Assembly: GCA_008080745.1 (NCBI GenBank)
Contig: SHMX01000005.1
Span: 90,001 to 122,000 of the forward strand
Origin: Candidatus Thorarchaeota archaeon
GTDB lineage: Archaea > Asgardarchaeota > Thorarchaeia > Thorarchaeales > Thorarchaeaceae
DNA length: 32,000 nt
Reading direction: 5' to 3'
A model generated the notes under the pieces. It saw nothing but the letters and a program-made list of their open reading frames with translations. It was not told where the DNA came from and did not search any database. How positions within the stretch are numbered: the stretch's first letter is position 1; each line of letters begins with the position of its first letter. A program made the translations under genes and the position numbers. Below are positions 18,619 to 27,310 of this stretch, one piece after another.

Positions 18619-21234
18619 TTGAATCAATCTCAATCAAATAACGAGATTGTTGGACACAATCCCATAAGAGACTGTTCAATCCATGTTGGCTCCAATGTAC
18701 TCTATCGTATAGGTGCTTACCAATTTCTAACTACAATTCTATTTGTTGCGCTTCAAATTTTGCCAAATTCAATATTTCTTTTCCCTTTGCAACTAATATC
18801 CGGATTCTGTTCCATCATCATATTTCCTGGCTTTCTATTGAATCAGCTCTTTATCCCGATAGAATACAGAAATATTGGGACGATTATCTTAGTCGCCTGT
18901 GTGATTACATTATTTGAAATACAAATTGCCTTTACTATTACTCTGTTGACTGGTTTTGTATTTCCCCTTTATGTATGGGTTGTTGGATTCAACTCTATTG
19001 TTTTCATGATTGCATTTTACAGATTATTGCAGGAGGAAAACATATCGAGTGATTCTGTTATTTTCTCACTTTCTTCGAAGTTGAATCAGATAGCGGTTAT
19101 CGCATTAATCCTTAGAGTGATTATGTTATATTTTGGACAAAACTCCATCGGTCCAGATGCTGCTCTATATGCTGATTATGCACGAAATATGCTTGAAGGC
19201 GATTTTTCGAGTTCTATTCTTAATGATGTAGCTGTTCAAACCCTCTGGAATGGCGTACAATATGTCTGGCATCAGGGTTTTGTGTATTTCACAGGCTTAT
19301 CGTGGTTGCTTTTTGAACCAACCGCAATTGGTACTAATATTCTGCTTGTTATTATTGGCACCTTGCTGTTATATCCTGTTTATACAATCACCGACCATTT
19401 TTTTGGAACCAAAGCAGCTTATTATACCTCGATTTTGGTAGCAATCCACCCACTTTTCATTTATCATTCCGCCATTGGATATGGGCCAGAGATAGTTAGT
19501 CTGTTTTTCCTTCTCTACGCTGCAATCTTCTTAATTCTTGGTCGAGAGAAGGGTGTCCATTTCAGTTTACTCTCTGGAGTTATTGTTGGACTAATCGATG
19601 TAATCTGGTATGCCAATTTCTACATATTCTGTATTCTTCTTCCTTTTGCTCTTTTGTTCTTTAAATTCACTAACTGGTTCGATACAATTCTTTTTGGTGT
19701 CAACCTCTGTGTTATTCTCGCTATTCGGTTGTTTTTGTCCAATATTCAAATTGTTATAATTGGCATTCTGGTAATAATTGTTCTAAACATAATAGGTACT
19801 AAAATCTCGTCTTATAATGTGATTACTTATGCGCCTTTTCTAACAGCAGTTCTTTCAACTATGTTTTTCTGGAAGTGGTCAACATATCTTACACAAAAGG
19901 TAGAAACACCTGATTCGGGTCGAAAAATACTTGATGTCATTTTTGGGTACATAGACCCCATAGTGCTTCTCCGATTTGCTTTCTTTGTGTTTTTCCATCT
20001 CACACCTATCTTGTTCGGTTTATTGATTTGGACCTTACTCAGAAAACCATCTCGAGTGACTACATCATTTTTCACTATTGGTCTACTTGGGGCTGTTGGG
20101 ACTTTGAAAGTATTTGGACTATTCAGCAAAGATACTCTTCTACCATATTATCTCTATTCAGATTCTCGTTTCTTCTTATTCATAATTATAATGTTTATAA
20201 TCGGACTCGGTCCAATTCTTATTAATTTCAAAGAATATCTTACGTATCACCTTTACGAAAAAACTCTATTTTTGAAGATTTCACCAGAAAAGCGGGACAT
20301 AATGATTACTTTTGGAATTATAGCCATTGGATTTATCCCCTCTGTATTAGTTTTCCCGGTGGGTTTGGATCTAATAAATGGCCCTGAAAGATATGGCTGG
20401 ACTGCTTTGGACGAGAAAATTGAATCTCTTGATGCTGATGCCATCTATCTCTGTGATCGCGCTAGGGAGTTCACATGGTTTACAAGAAAACAATCAGTTC
20501 AATTGAGATTTAGCGAAACATATCTACCTGATTTGAATTCTAGTAGAGAACTACTAACATTCGTAAGCCTGTATCATACAAAATATCTGCTTGTTGACGA
20601 TTACTTCTATCAACATTGGCATAACTTGGAATTTCTCTATCTTGGAAATATGTCTGTTGGCACTAGAGTATTTTTGAATTTTTCAAGTATTCCTTATTCT
20701 AATATATTAGATTCAGAGGTTTATTCTACTTCGCTTACTCTCGTGGCAAAAACTGAGCCTAATAAATATGGTAGATATGCTCGGATTTTCGAATTTGGGA
20801 ATAGTTCCTTGACTAGGGTGTGGAACGAAATTCCATCAGATCAAGAGTGGACAGTTTCAGCAGGTGGGGCTATTGAAAATCGTACTGATTCTTTGCAGTT
20901 TATATTGGGTCCCAATCAATCGAAGTTGCATATTGCACGGTCTGAAGGGAATGAGGTCAATACCAAGATACAGCAAGGCTTTCTGATATTGGACTTTTCT
21001 TATGCAGAAGCTCAAATAGAATCAATCAAGGTCTGGAATCACTCTGATTATTTTGTTTCATCTCTGGATTACCTGGGGGCGGGGCGGTATTATGGTTTCT
21101 TTACCAATACTACCATATCAAATATTACAATCACCGTTTCTGGAAATCCCGGGGATTCTATTATATTAAAAGGCGGCTCGATTTGGGATTCTCATACTCT
21201 CTACGATTTCCCTCTCAAAACATACCAGTTTTGA
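18619..21234 (+). CDS. Large polytopic GT-C fold glycosyltransferase-like protein (ArnT/PMT_2-like) with a C-terminal extracellular domain
   Basis: Many TM segments, first-loop acidic motif GPDAALYADYA, LAIHP..IYHS, GYGPEI, and a hydrophilic C-terminal ~250 aa. Paralog of 21249..23855. Confidence 0.72.
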   Translation: MNQSQSNNEIVGHNPIRDCSIHVGSNVLYRIGAYQFLTTILFVALQILPNSIFLFPLQLISGFCSIIIFPGFLLNQLFIPIEYRNIGTIILVACVITLFEIQIAFTITLLTGFVFPLYVWVVGFNSIVFMIAFYRLLQEENISSDSVIFSLSSKLNQIAVIALILRVIMLYFGQNSIGPDAALYADYARNMLEGDFSSSILNDVAVQTLWNGVQYVWHQGFVYFTGLSWLLFEPTAIGTNILLVIIGTLLLYPVYTITDHFFGTKAAYYTSILVAIHPLFIYHSAIGYGPEIVSLFFLLYAAIFLILGREKGVHFSLLSGVIVGLIDVIWYANFYIFCILLPFALLFFKFTNWFDTILFGVNLCVILAIRLFLSNIQIVIIGILVIIVLNIIGTKISSYNVITYAPFLTAVLSTMFFWKWSTYLTQKVETPDSGRKILDVIFGYIDPIVLLRFAFFVFFHLTPILFGLLIWTLLRKPSRVTTSFFTIGLLGAVGTLKVFGLFSKDTLLPYYLYSDSRFFLFIIIMFIIGLGPILINFKEYLTYHLYEKTLFLKISPEKRDIMITFGIIAIGFIPSVLVFPVGLDLINGPERYGWTALDEKIESLDADAIYLCDRAREFTWFTRKQSVQLRFSETYLPDLNSSRELLTFVSLYHTKYLLVDDYFYQHWHNLEFLYLGNMSVGTRVFLNFSSIPYSNILDSEVYSTSLTLVAKTEPNKYGRYARIFEFGNSSLTRVWNEIPSDQEWTVSAGGAIENRTDSLQFILGPNQSKLHIARSEGNEVNTKIQQGFLILDFSYAEAQIESIKVWNHSDYFVSSLDYLGAGRYYGFFTNTTISNITITVSGNPGDSIILKGGSIWDSHTLYDFPLKTYQF
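20155..20174 (+). repeat. 20-nt exact inverted repeat, copy 1 (TATTCAGATTCTCGTTTCTT)
   Basis: Exact reverse complement at 22276..22295; both copies encode YSDSRF in the paralogous GT-C genes. Confidence 0.75.
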
Positions 21235-21248
21235 ATTCATTGGACTAG

Positions 21249-23855
21249 TTAGCTCATAACTGATTGCCAATTTGATATTTGACCGATAGATATAGAACAA
21301 TTAGCCTCTCCTTGGATTACTATTTTAATGTCACCTATCTCTATATTTCCTACATCAAATATCCACAGAGATTCATCAATTTGAAACGCACATCCTAGAA
21401 GATTCTCAGAATCGTCCCATATACTTACACGAGTTATTGTAGCATTTATCTCACTGACACGTAAACTCACAAAACCCGTCTTTACATGCCAATCTAAGCT
21501 ATAATCATCTTTTACTGTAGTAAAAGTATAATTTCTATTTTGTCCGATTGTCAAAATAGTATAGTCATCAATAAATGATAATGTCCCATTGTTACCAGCT
21601 TCCCACTGATTTGGCGTGATTACCTTTACATCTGTTGCTGCATAAGTAATATTGGAAAATTGAAAGATACGAACGTCAATGTGTCCAGATGAAGATCTTA
21701 GTTCGTCCACTAGTTTAACAGATTGAAGCATCACGGACTCGTTATCATTAATCTGACTTGCTGGAGCATAATCGAGCGGTATTGAAGAATTGATTTCCAT
21801 CGCATCGAATAGAAGTGACTCAAAAACTCCCCAACGAGCTACTGTAATCCGATCAATTACTAAATATTCCACATTAAATCGATTTACTAGCTGCAGGATT
21901 TGTTGTTCAGCTTCAGCATCTGTCAAGCCTGCTTTTGTTAGCTCAAGAACTACTGTTTGTCTGTGAGTAATCCAAGCAAACTCTCGTGCCCTGTCAACAA
22001 GAAACTTGGTATCTTCATTTCCAATCTGTTCAATTGCATCTTCAATTCCTGCCCAACCATATCGTTTCTCTAGCTGAATCAGATCATACCCTGTTGGCAT
22101 CATCAGGAAGCCTGGAATAAAGCCGACCATTGAAATAAGGCACACTCCTAGAATCTTTCGGTTGTTTTCCCTACTCAAAAAATGCAGGCTCAACTCTATA
22201 CTCGATATCTCTGGGACCTCGATTGACCTGAGATACGAACAAGCTATAAACACCATAAGAGTACTCATCAGGATAAAGAAACGAGAATCTGAATATATGT
22301 AAAATATTTGTAAACTTCCAGGAATTACACTGAATACTTTCAATGTACCTAATGCAACGACCAAGCAACTGAGTAGCAACGAAATATTTCTTTCAGATCT
22401 ACCTCTCCACAATACAATTCCCGAAATAATCAATATGGGTAGTGAAACATGGAAAATAAAGAAGAATACAAAACTCAATGTTACCTCTATTGGAATTGGA
22501 CTGAAAATGATGGGAATTATCGGAGTTTCGGTAATTGTATTTTGTGTGGGAATCGAATTAATTACCTGAAGAGGAAATCTCCAAAGGGTGATAATAGCTA
22601 GAGTAAGCCCAATGAATGCTGAAAACTCTCTGAAACTAGCGAAGGATTGAATATTCAACAATATGAATAAAGAAAGTATTACTGTACTTATTCCCACATA
22701 ATAGATAATTGTCAATCGAAACAGTATTTTGAGTAATAGAATACTCATCATTAATATACTGATGAGAAAGAACTCTCTTCTATCTAGTTTTAACATTCCA
22801 TATGCCATAAAGGGGATTATGATTGACACTATATAGAAATTTGAATACCATATTACATCGATTAATCCCAAAAGAATTCCCGCAAAACTTAATGTTTTGA
22901 TATCATGCTTTTTGTGGAAGAATAACACAGCAAAAATCAATAAAAACAGTATGCTAAGAATCTCGGGACCATATCCTACAGTAGAATGGAAGATTAATAA
23001 TGGATTAAATGACAATAAAACTGATGCAAATATTGCTGATACTTCGCCATACAATGCATTTACCAAATGGATACCTATTAGAGCCAATATGATTCCAATT
23101 ATGGGAAGGATGATAACCGGCCCCACGTCAAAGGGTGGCAACATTAGAAATGACACAGCCAAAGCATAAGCATACCCTTGATGAATGATATATTGCACTC
23201 CATTCCAAAGATTGTATACTGAAACGTCATCAATTAGGGTTGTATCATATGATCCACTTAGAATTCCATTTGCATAGTTTGCAAAAAGAGCGCCATCAGG
23301 GGATAATGCATTATAGTTCAAAAATGCAAGAATAACCCGCAAGAAAAAACCGAAAATAATTACAAGGATGATAGCTTTATTCTTGGGAATGCGTAATGTA
23401 TTGGGTAACATCTTATCTATTTCTTCATCCTTAGTAATGTATGCACCTAACATAACAACTATGTTGATAGTTGGTAGTAGAATACTGACTGGAAAACTAA
23501 AGCCAATTGAAAGCTTTGTAAGAAACCCTATGTGTATTTCAAGGATTGCAATAGCTATTCCAATCCCAGAGGACATTCCAAGTCCTTGGTATTTCTTAGG
23601 AACCACTTGTGTTGAAATGACCATGCCTGGAAATAATACAAGCGAGAGGAATGCAACAGGTGTTTGGAGAACGAGTAGAGTGTGATTCATCCTAAAATAA
23701 ATGAGTATCCAGAATAACAGTGTACTGAATACTTGATGAACTATTATTCCCTTACCTGTTAGAAGAAATTGTCTATAGTATTCTAATTTCGGGCGAATTG
23801 AGATATTCTTAGTTCTCACACCAGTTTCGCGAATTGCCAATTTCATGGTCACCAT
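21249..23855 (-). CDS. Large polytopic GT-C fold glycosyltransferase-like protein, paralog of 18619..21234
   Basis: Motifs SPDGALFANYA, LWNGVQY..HQG, GYGPEIL, GLIDVIWYSNFY, YSDSRFF and DRAREFAW. The start is uncertain (ATG 23855 or 23846; the ORF is open to 23912). Confidence 0.72.
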   Translation of the reverse strand: MVTMKLAIRETGVRTKNISIRPKLEYYRQFLLTGKGIIVHQVFSTLLFWILIYFRMNHTLLVLQTPVAFLSLVLFPGMVISTQVVPKKYQGLGMSSGIGIAIAILEIHIGFLTKLSIGFSFPVSILLPTINIVVMLGAYITKDEEIDKMLPNTLRIPKNKAIILVIIFGFFLRVILAFLNYNALSPDGALFANYANGILSGSYDTTLIDDVSVYNLWNGVQYIIHQGYAYALAVSFLMLPPFDVGPVIILPIIGIILALIGIHLVNALYGEVSAIFASVLLSFNPLLIFHSTVGYGPEILSILFLLIFAVLFFHKKHDIKTLSFAGILLGLIDVIWYSNFYIVSIIIPFMAYGMLKLDRREFFLISILMMSILLLKILFRLTIIYYVGISTVILSLFILLNIQSFASFREFSAFIGLTLAIITLWRFPLQVINSIPTQNTITETPIIPIIFSPIPIEVTLSFVFFFIFHVSLPILIISGIVLWRGRSERNISLLLSCLVVALGTLKVFSVIPGSLQIFYIYSDSRFFILMSTLMVFIACSYLRSIEVPEISSIELSLHFLSRENNRKILGVCLISMVGFIPGFLMMPTGYDLIQLEKRYGWAGIEDAIEQIGNEDTKFLVDRAREFAWITHRQTVVLELTKAGLTDAEAEQQILQLVNRFNVEYLVIDRITVARWGVFESLLFDAMEINSSIPLDYAPASQINDNESVMLQSVKLVDELRSSSGHIDVRIFQFSNITYAATDVKVITPNQWEAGNNGTLSFIDDYTILTIGQNRNYTFTTVKDDYSLDWHVKTGFVSLRVSEINATITRVSIWDDSENLLGCAFQIDESLWIFDVGNIEIGDIKIVIQGEANCSISIGQISNWQSVMS
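22276..22295 (-). repeat. 20-nt exact inverted repeat, copy 2
   Basis: AAGAAACGAGAATCTGAATA is the reverse complement of 20155..20174. Confidence 0.75.
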
Positions 23856-23932
23856 TGGCTCCCTAATTTGGTGGCCAACACAGAACTTCTTAAAAGGTAC
23901 TCGAAAACACACATTTCTTGTATAGAAACTAC

Positions 23933-23939
23933 GAGGAGG
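23933..23939 (+). promoter_or_regulatory. Shine-Dalgarno sequence GAGGAGG
   Basis: Strong SD 7 nt before the in-frame CTG at 23947. Confidence 0.6.
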
Positions 23940-23946
23940 AAAAAAA

Positions 23947-25125
23947 CTGCGAATTTGTCTGATTGCCCCTATGTTTCCTCCTATTCAGAGTGGTTCTTCC
24001 CATTATGCAGAACGTTTGGCGGAAGGACTTGCACAACGCGGTCACGATGTATATGTCATCACATCTTCTGGTGCAGAAATTTCAGATATGAACGATTATC
24101 GTGTCATAGAGATTCCGTCAATAACGACTCCTACGACACCAATGACCCATAATTATGCTCTCCCCTTCAATTTCTTTCCTCTAAATATCCCTCTTCTTAG
24201 AAACATAATCAAGAAGATATCCCCGGATATTGTTCATCTAAACAGCAATTTTTTAGACCTTTGTTTAGGTGCTATGATTGCTGCAAAAGGTCTAGGTATA
24301 GCTACGGTATTAACAGTTCATACCCGTCTTATACATGCAAATAAGTTTCTCAATCCTTTTTTCCGAGCAGTGGATAAATCCTTGATTAAACAGATTTTAC
24401 ACAAGGTGGATGCTTTTGTTGCACTAGACAAACAGATGTATAACTATATTCTAAACACATATGATTTGTCAAAAGATAAGATTCATCCAATTCCCTTAGC
24501 TATCGATCTTGATGAACTCTTGTCTACTCCCACAAAACCAACATTATTAGACACCTTGGAATCACAAAATATCATTGCATCTATTTCTCATTTGACCCTT
24601 CTCAAATCTCCTCGTACATTATTAGAAGCTGTATCTATTATCAAAGACGATTTTGAGGACCTCATAGTTGCATTTGCTGGTCGTGTATGCGATACTAGAT
24701 TTGTGAACTGGGCAAAAGAGCTAGACGTATCTGAACATGTGGTCTTTATGGGTGAAATTCCCCACCATCTTATTCCCTCCGTTCTCAAACGTAGTTGTAT
24801 TGAAGCACACTCATTGGATTATCGAACGGGATTTGATAATGCCTCGATTGAGGCGATGTCACTAGGACTACCAGTAATATCTTGTGTTCCAGAGGATAAT
24901 TTTTTGAGAGAATGGTTGCACAACTGGGAAAATGTAATTCTGGTCGAGCCTTATTCTCCTAATATGGTTGCTGAGGCTCTATACCGTTTGCTAAGCAACC
25001 AAGAGCTAATGCAGAACATCTCGAAAAATGCTGGGCGATCAGCGAAACAATTTTTTTCAATTGAACGTATGCTTGATGATTTTGAACAGCTCTATGCTAA
25101 TTTGGTTGGAGATTTAAACCAATAA
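23947..25125 (+). CDS. Glycosyltransferase family 4 (probable CTG start)
   Basis: An in-frame CTG at 23947 gives (M)RICLIAPMFPP, 7 nt after GAGGAGG. Motifs IVHL, TVHT, IPLAID and FDNASIEAMSLG. Confidence 0.88.
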   Translation: MRICLIAPMFPPIQSGSSHYAERLAEGLAQRGHDVYVITSSGAEISDMNDYRVIEIPSITTPTTPMTHNYALPFNFFPLNIPLLRNIIKKISPDIVHLNSNFLDLCLGAMIAAKGLGIATVLTVHTRLIHANKFLNPFFRAVDKSLIKQILHKVDAFVALDKQMYNYILNTYDLSKDKIHPIPLAIDLDELLSTPTKPTLLDTLESQNIIASISHLTLLKSPRTLLEAVSIIKDDFEDLIVAFAGRVCDTRFVNWAKELDVSEHVVFMGEIPHHLIPSVLKRSCIEAHSLDYRTGFDNASIEAMSLGLPVISCVPEDNFLREWLHNWENVILVEPYSPNMVAEALYRLLSNQELMQNISKNAGRSAKQFFSIERMLDDFEQLYANLVGDLNQ

Positions 25126-26018
25126 TGCAGAGTTGTTTGATAGTCTGATGGTTTTAGACCCCTCTTTTGATATAATCTCATTGCGGCAGTATTATTGAGT
25201 TGGGTTCCTACACTGAGGGTTCGATGCTCATCAATCACATCGGATATCGCTTTATCCAACAATGCACCTCCTAAACCTCTACGTGAATACTTTGGATGAA
25301 CTGCTATCAATCCAATTCTTAGTTCGTCTTTTTCTTCACTCTGATTCGAGCCGAATTTTTCATGAAGCGTGATATAGCCTCCTATCTGATTTCCTTCTTC
25401 AATTACATATACCCTTGAATTATCCGAGTAGAATAGATTCTTTATCCATATAGCATGCATCGCATCAGCTCTTTGTTTTCCAAATTGCTTGTCAGTATGA
25501 AAACGATCCCTGTAGAATGCAATTGCAGAAATCTCCATCAAGTTCCAAATATCTGACTCTTCAGCACTCCGCACCTTTTTGAGAATTCCGTCTTCTCTTG
25601 GAATCAATGTGGAATGACTCGCTCTCAGCGTGCAACTCCAATCATACGATTGGAAGCCATTTGCCTCTAATTGCCGAATCCAATCATCATCATTTAGGGA
25701 TAGACGACTTGAAACAAAAGTTGCACTTGTATCTTTGAGAATACTCATAGATTTCTTTACCATCACTCCGATTTTTTTGTCATTGAAAACCTTTCTAGCT
25801 AATCGAATGGGTTTTACATGATAGCATTCGAACTCGAAAAAAGTAGAATCCCAGTCCAGATGTTCAAGGTAAGATATCATCTGGATAGATTCGTTATCTG
25901 TTATACATGGAAACTCGGAAAAAACATTATTTTGGCTGATAATGTTTTCTTTTCCAACTAGACGTAGTGAAGACTTTATTTTCTCAATTGAACAATTTTT
26001 AACAGTAGGGGATACCAA
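25092..26018 (-). CDS. GNAT N-acyltransferase, TDP-fucosamine acetyltransferase (WecD/RffC)-like
   Basis: Motifs LDWDSTFF, RFHTD..F, LIAVHPKYSRRGLGGAL (acyl-CoA loop) and VGTQLNNTAAMRLY. TTG start with GAGGT upstream. Confidence 0.82.
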   Translation of the reverse strand: MVSPTVKNCSIEKIKSSLRLVGKENIISQNNVFSEFPCITDNESIQMISYLEHLDWDSTFFEFECYHVKPIRLARKVFNDKKIGVMVKKSMSILKDTSATFVSSRLSLNDDDWIRQLEANGFQSYDWSCTLRASHSTLIPREDGILKKVRSAEESDIWNLMEISAIAFYRDRFHTDKQFGKQRADAMHAIWIKNLFYSDNSRVYVIEEGNQIGGYITLHEKFGSNQSEEKDELRIGLIAVHPKYSRRGLGGALLDKAISDVIDEHRTLSVGTQLNNTAAMRLYQKRGLKPSDYQTTLHYWFKSPTKLA

Positions 26019-26122
26019 GTCCGTTACCTCATAATACCGCTATATCTTATTTTTACCCATCCAACGAATAGCCAATAGCTTATTATAATCTATACTACTC
26101 ACTGGCAATGGCGTGAAATTCT

Positions 26123-27247
26123 TTGATTCCTTTCGCAAAACCCGAATTCTCAGAGAAAACCGTTGAAACAATCCTTCAAAATATTTCTGATGCTCTGAAA
26201 TCGGGGTATCTAACAAATGGACCCTATGTTCGCCTAGTTGAAGAAAAATTTTCAGGGATACTTTCTTCATTGTACGTAGCTGCGACAAGCTCATGCACAG
26301 CATCCTTACATCTCGCCATGTTGCTTGCTGGGATTTCCAAAGGAGATGAAGTTATAGTTCCTTCAAATACATTTGTATCCACTGCCAATGCAGTCGTATA
26401 TTGTGGCGGGAAGCCAATTTTTGCTGAGATAGAAACTGATACTTTCAATCTTGACCCCCTTGATGTAGAAAATAAAATTACAGATCAAACCAAGGCGATT
26501 ATTCCTGTTCATCTTGGAGGCAATCCCTGCGATATGACCGCCTTTCAACGGATTGCATCTGAACACAACCTACTTTTAATTGAGGACTGTGCTCATGCTC
26601 ATGGTGCCTATTACAAAAATAATCCCTGTGGAACTTTCGGCGATTTGTCTTGCTTTTCTTTTTATCCCACGAAAGTCATTCCTAGCGCAGAAGGGGGATT
26701 ATTAGTGACTAAAAATCCTGAATTTGATAAAAAAGGAAGAATCCTCCTAAATCAAGGTAGGCAGGGGTTTGGTCCAAGCTCCATCGAAGAAATCGGATAC
26801 AATTATAGAATGAATGAATTACAAGCTATCCTGATCAACTCGCAGATTTCTATGCTGCCTGAATTGATCCAATATCGCACAAAATTAGCGAATCGTTATA
26901 GAAGAAATCTTGCAGACTCAGACTATGTAAATTTACAAGAAGTTCGCGTTGGAAACATCCACTCGTATTATTCCTTCATAGTTAGTCTCCCACATGGCTT
27001 TCGAGACGAAGTTCGTAAACTTCTAACAAAAGAAGGAGTTGAAACAAGTATCTTATACCATCCAATTCACCAGCAGGCAGCCTATCAAAAAATTATTGGA
27101 GCTGATTCTGTATCATTACCTACGACCGAGGATATTTGTTCCAAGACTATTGCTTTACCTATGCATCTTGCTATGGATGAATCAACAGTTGACATCGTTT
27201 CCACAAAACTACTTGAATCAATAGAATGGATTACCAAGAATCAATAA
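26123..27247 (+). CDS. DegT/DnrJ/EryC1/StrS family PLP-dependent NDP-sugar aminotransferase
   Basis: Motifs MIPFAKP, SSCTASLHLA, VPSNTFVST, IEDCAHAHG, FSFYPTK (PLP lysine), EGG, GYNYRMNELQA and LPMH. Confidence 0.93.
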   Translation: MIPFAKPEFSEKTVETILQNISDALKSGYLTNGPYVRLVEEKFSGILSSLYVAATSSCTASLHLAMLLAGISKGDEVIVPSNTFVSTANAVVYCGGKPIFAEIETDTFNLDPLDVENKITDQTKAIIPVHLGGNPCDMTAFQRIASEHNLLLIEDCAHAHGAYYKNNPCGTFGDLSCFSFYPTKVIPSAEGGLLVTKNPEFDKKGRILLNQGRQGFGPSSIEEIGYNYRMNELQAILINSQISMLPELIQYRTKLANRYRRNLADSDYVNLQEVRVGNIHSYYSFIVSLPHGFRDEVRKLLTKEGVETSILYHPIHQQAAYQKIIGADSVSLPTTEDICSKTIALPMHLAMDESTVDIVSTKLLESIEWITKNQ

Positions 27248-27310
27248 CACTAAAGGGCTGATTAACATTTCATTAGAAAATAATTTGTATCAAGAATTCT
27301 GTGAGGGATT

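Noticed and set aside
12328-23855. Oligosaccharyltransferase (AglB/STT3) assignment for the three large membrane proteins
   Set aside because: None has the WWDYG motif; only general GT-C features are seen.
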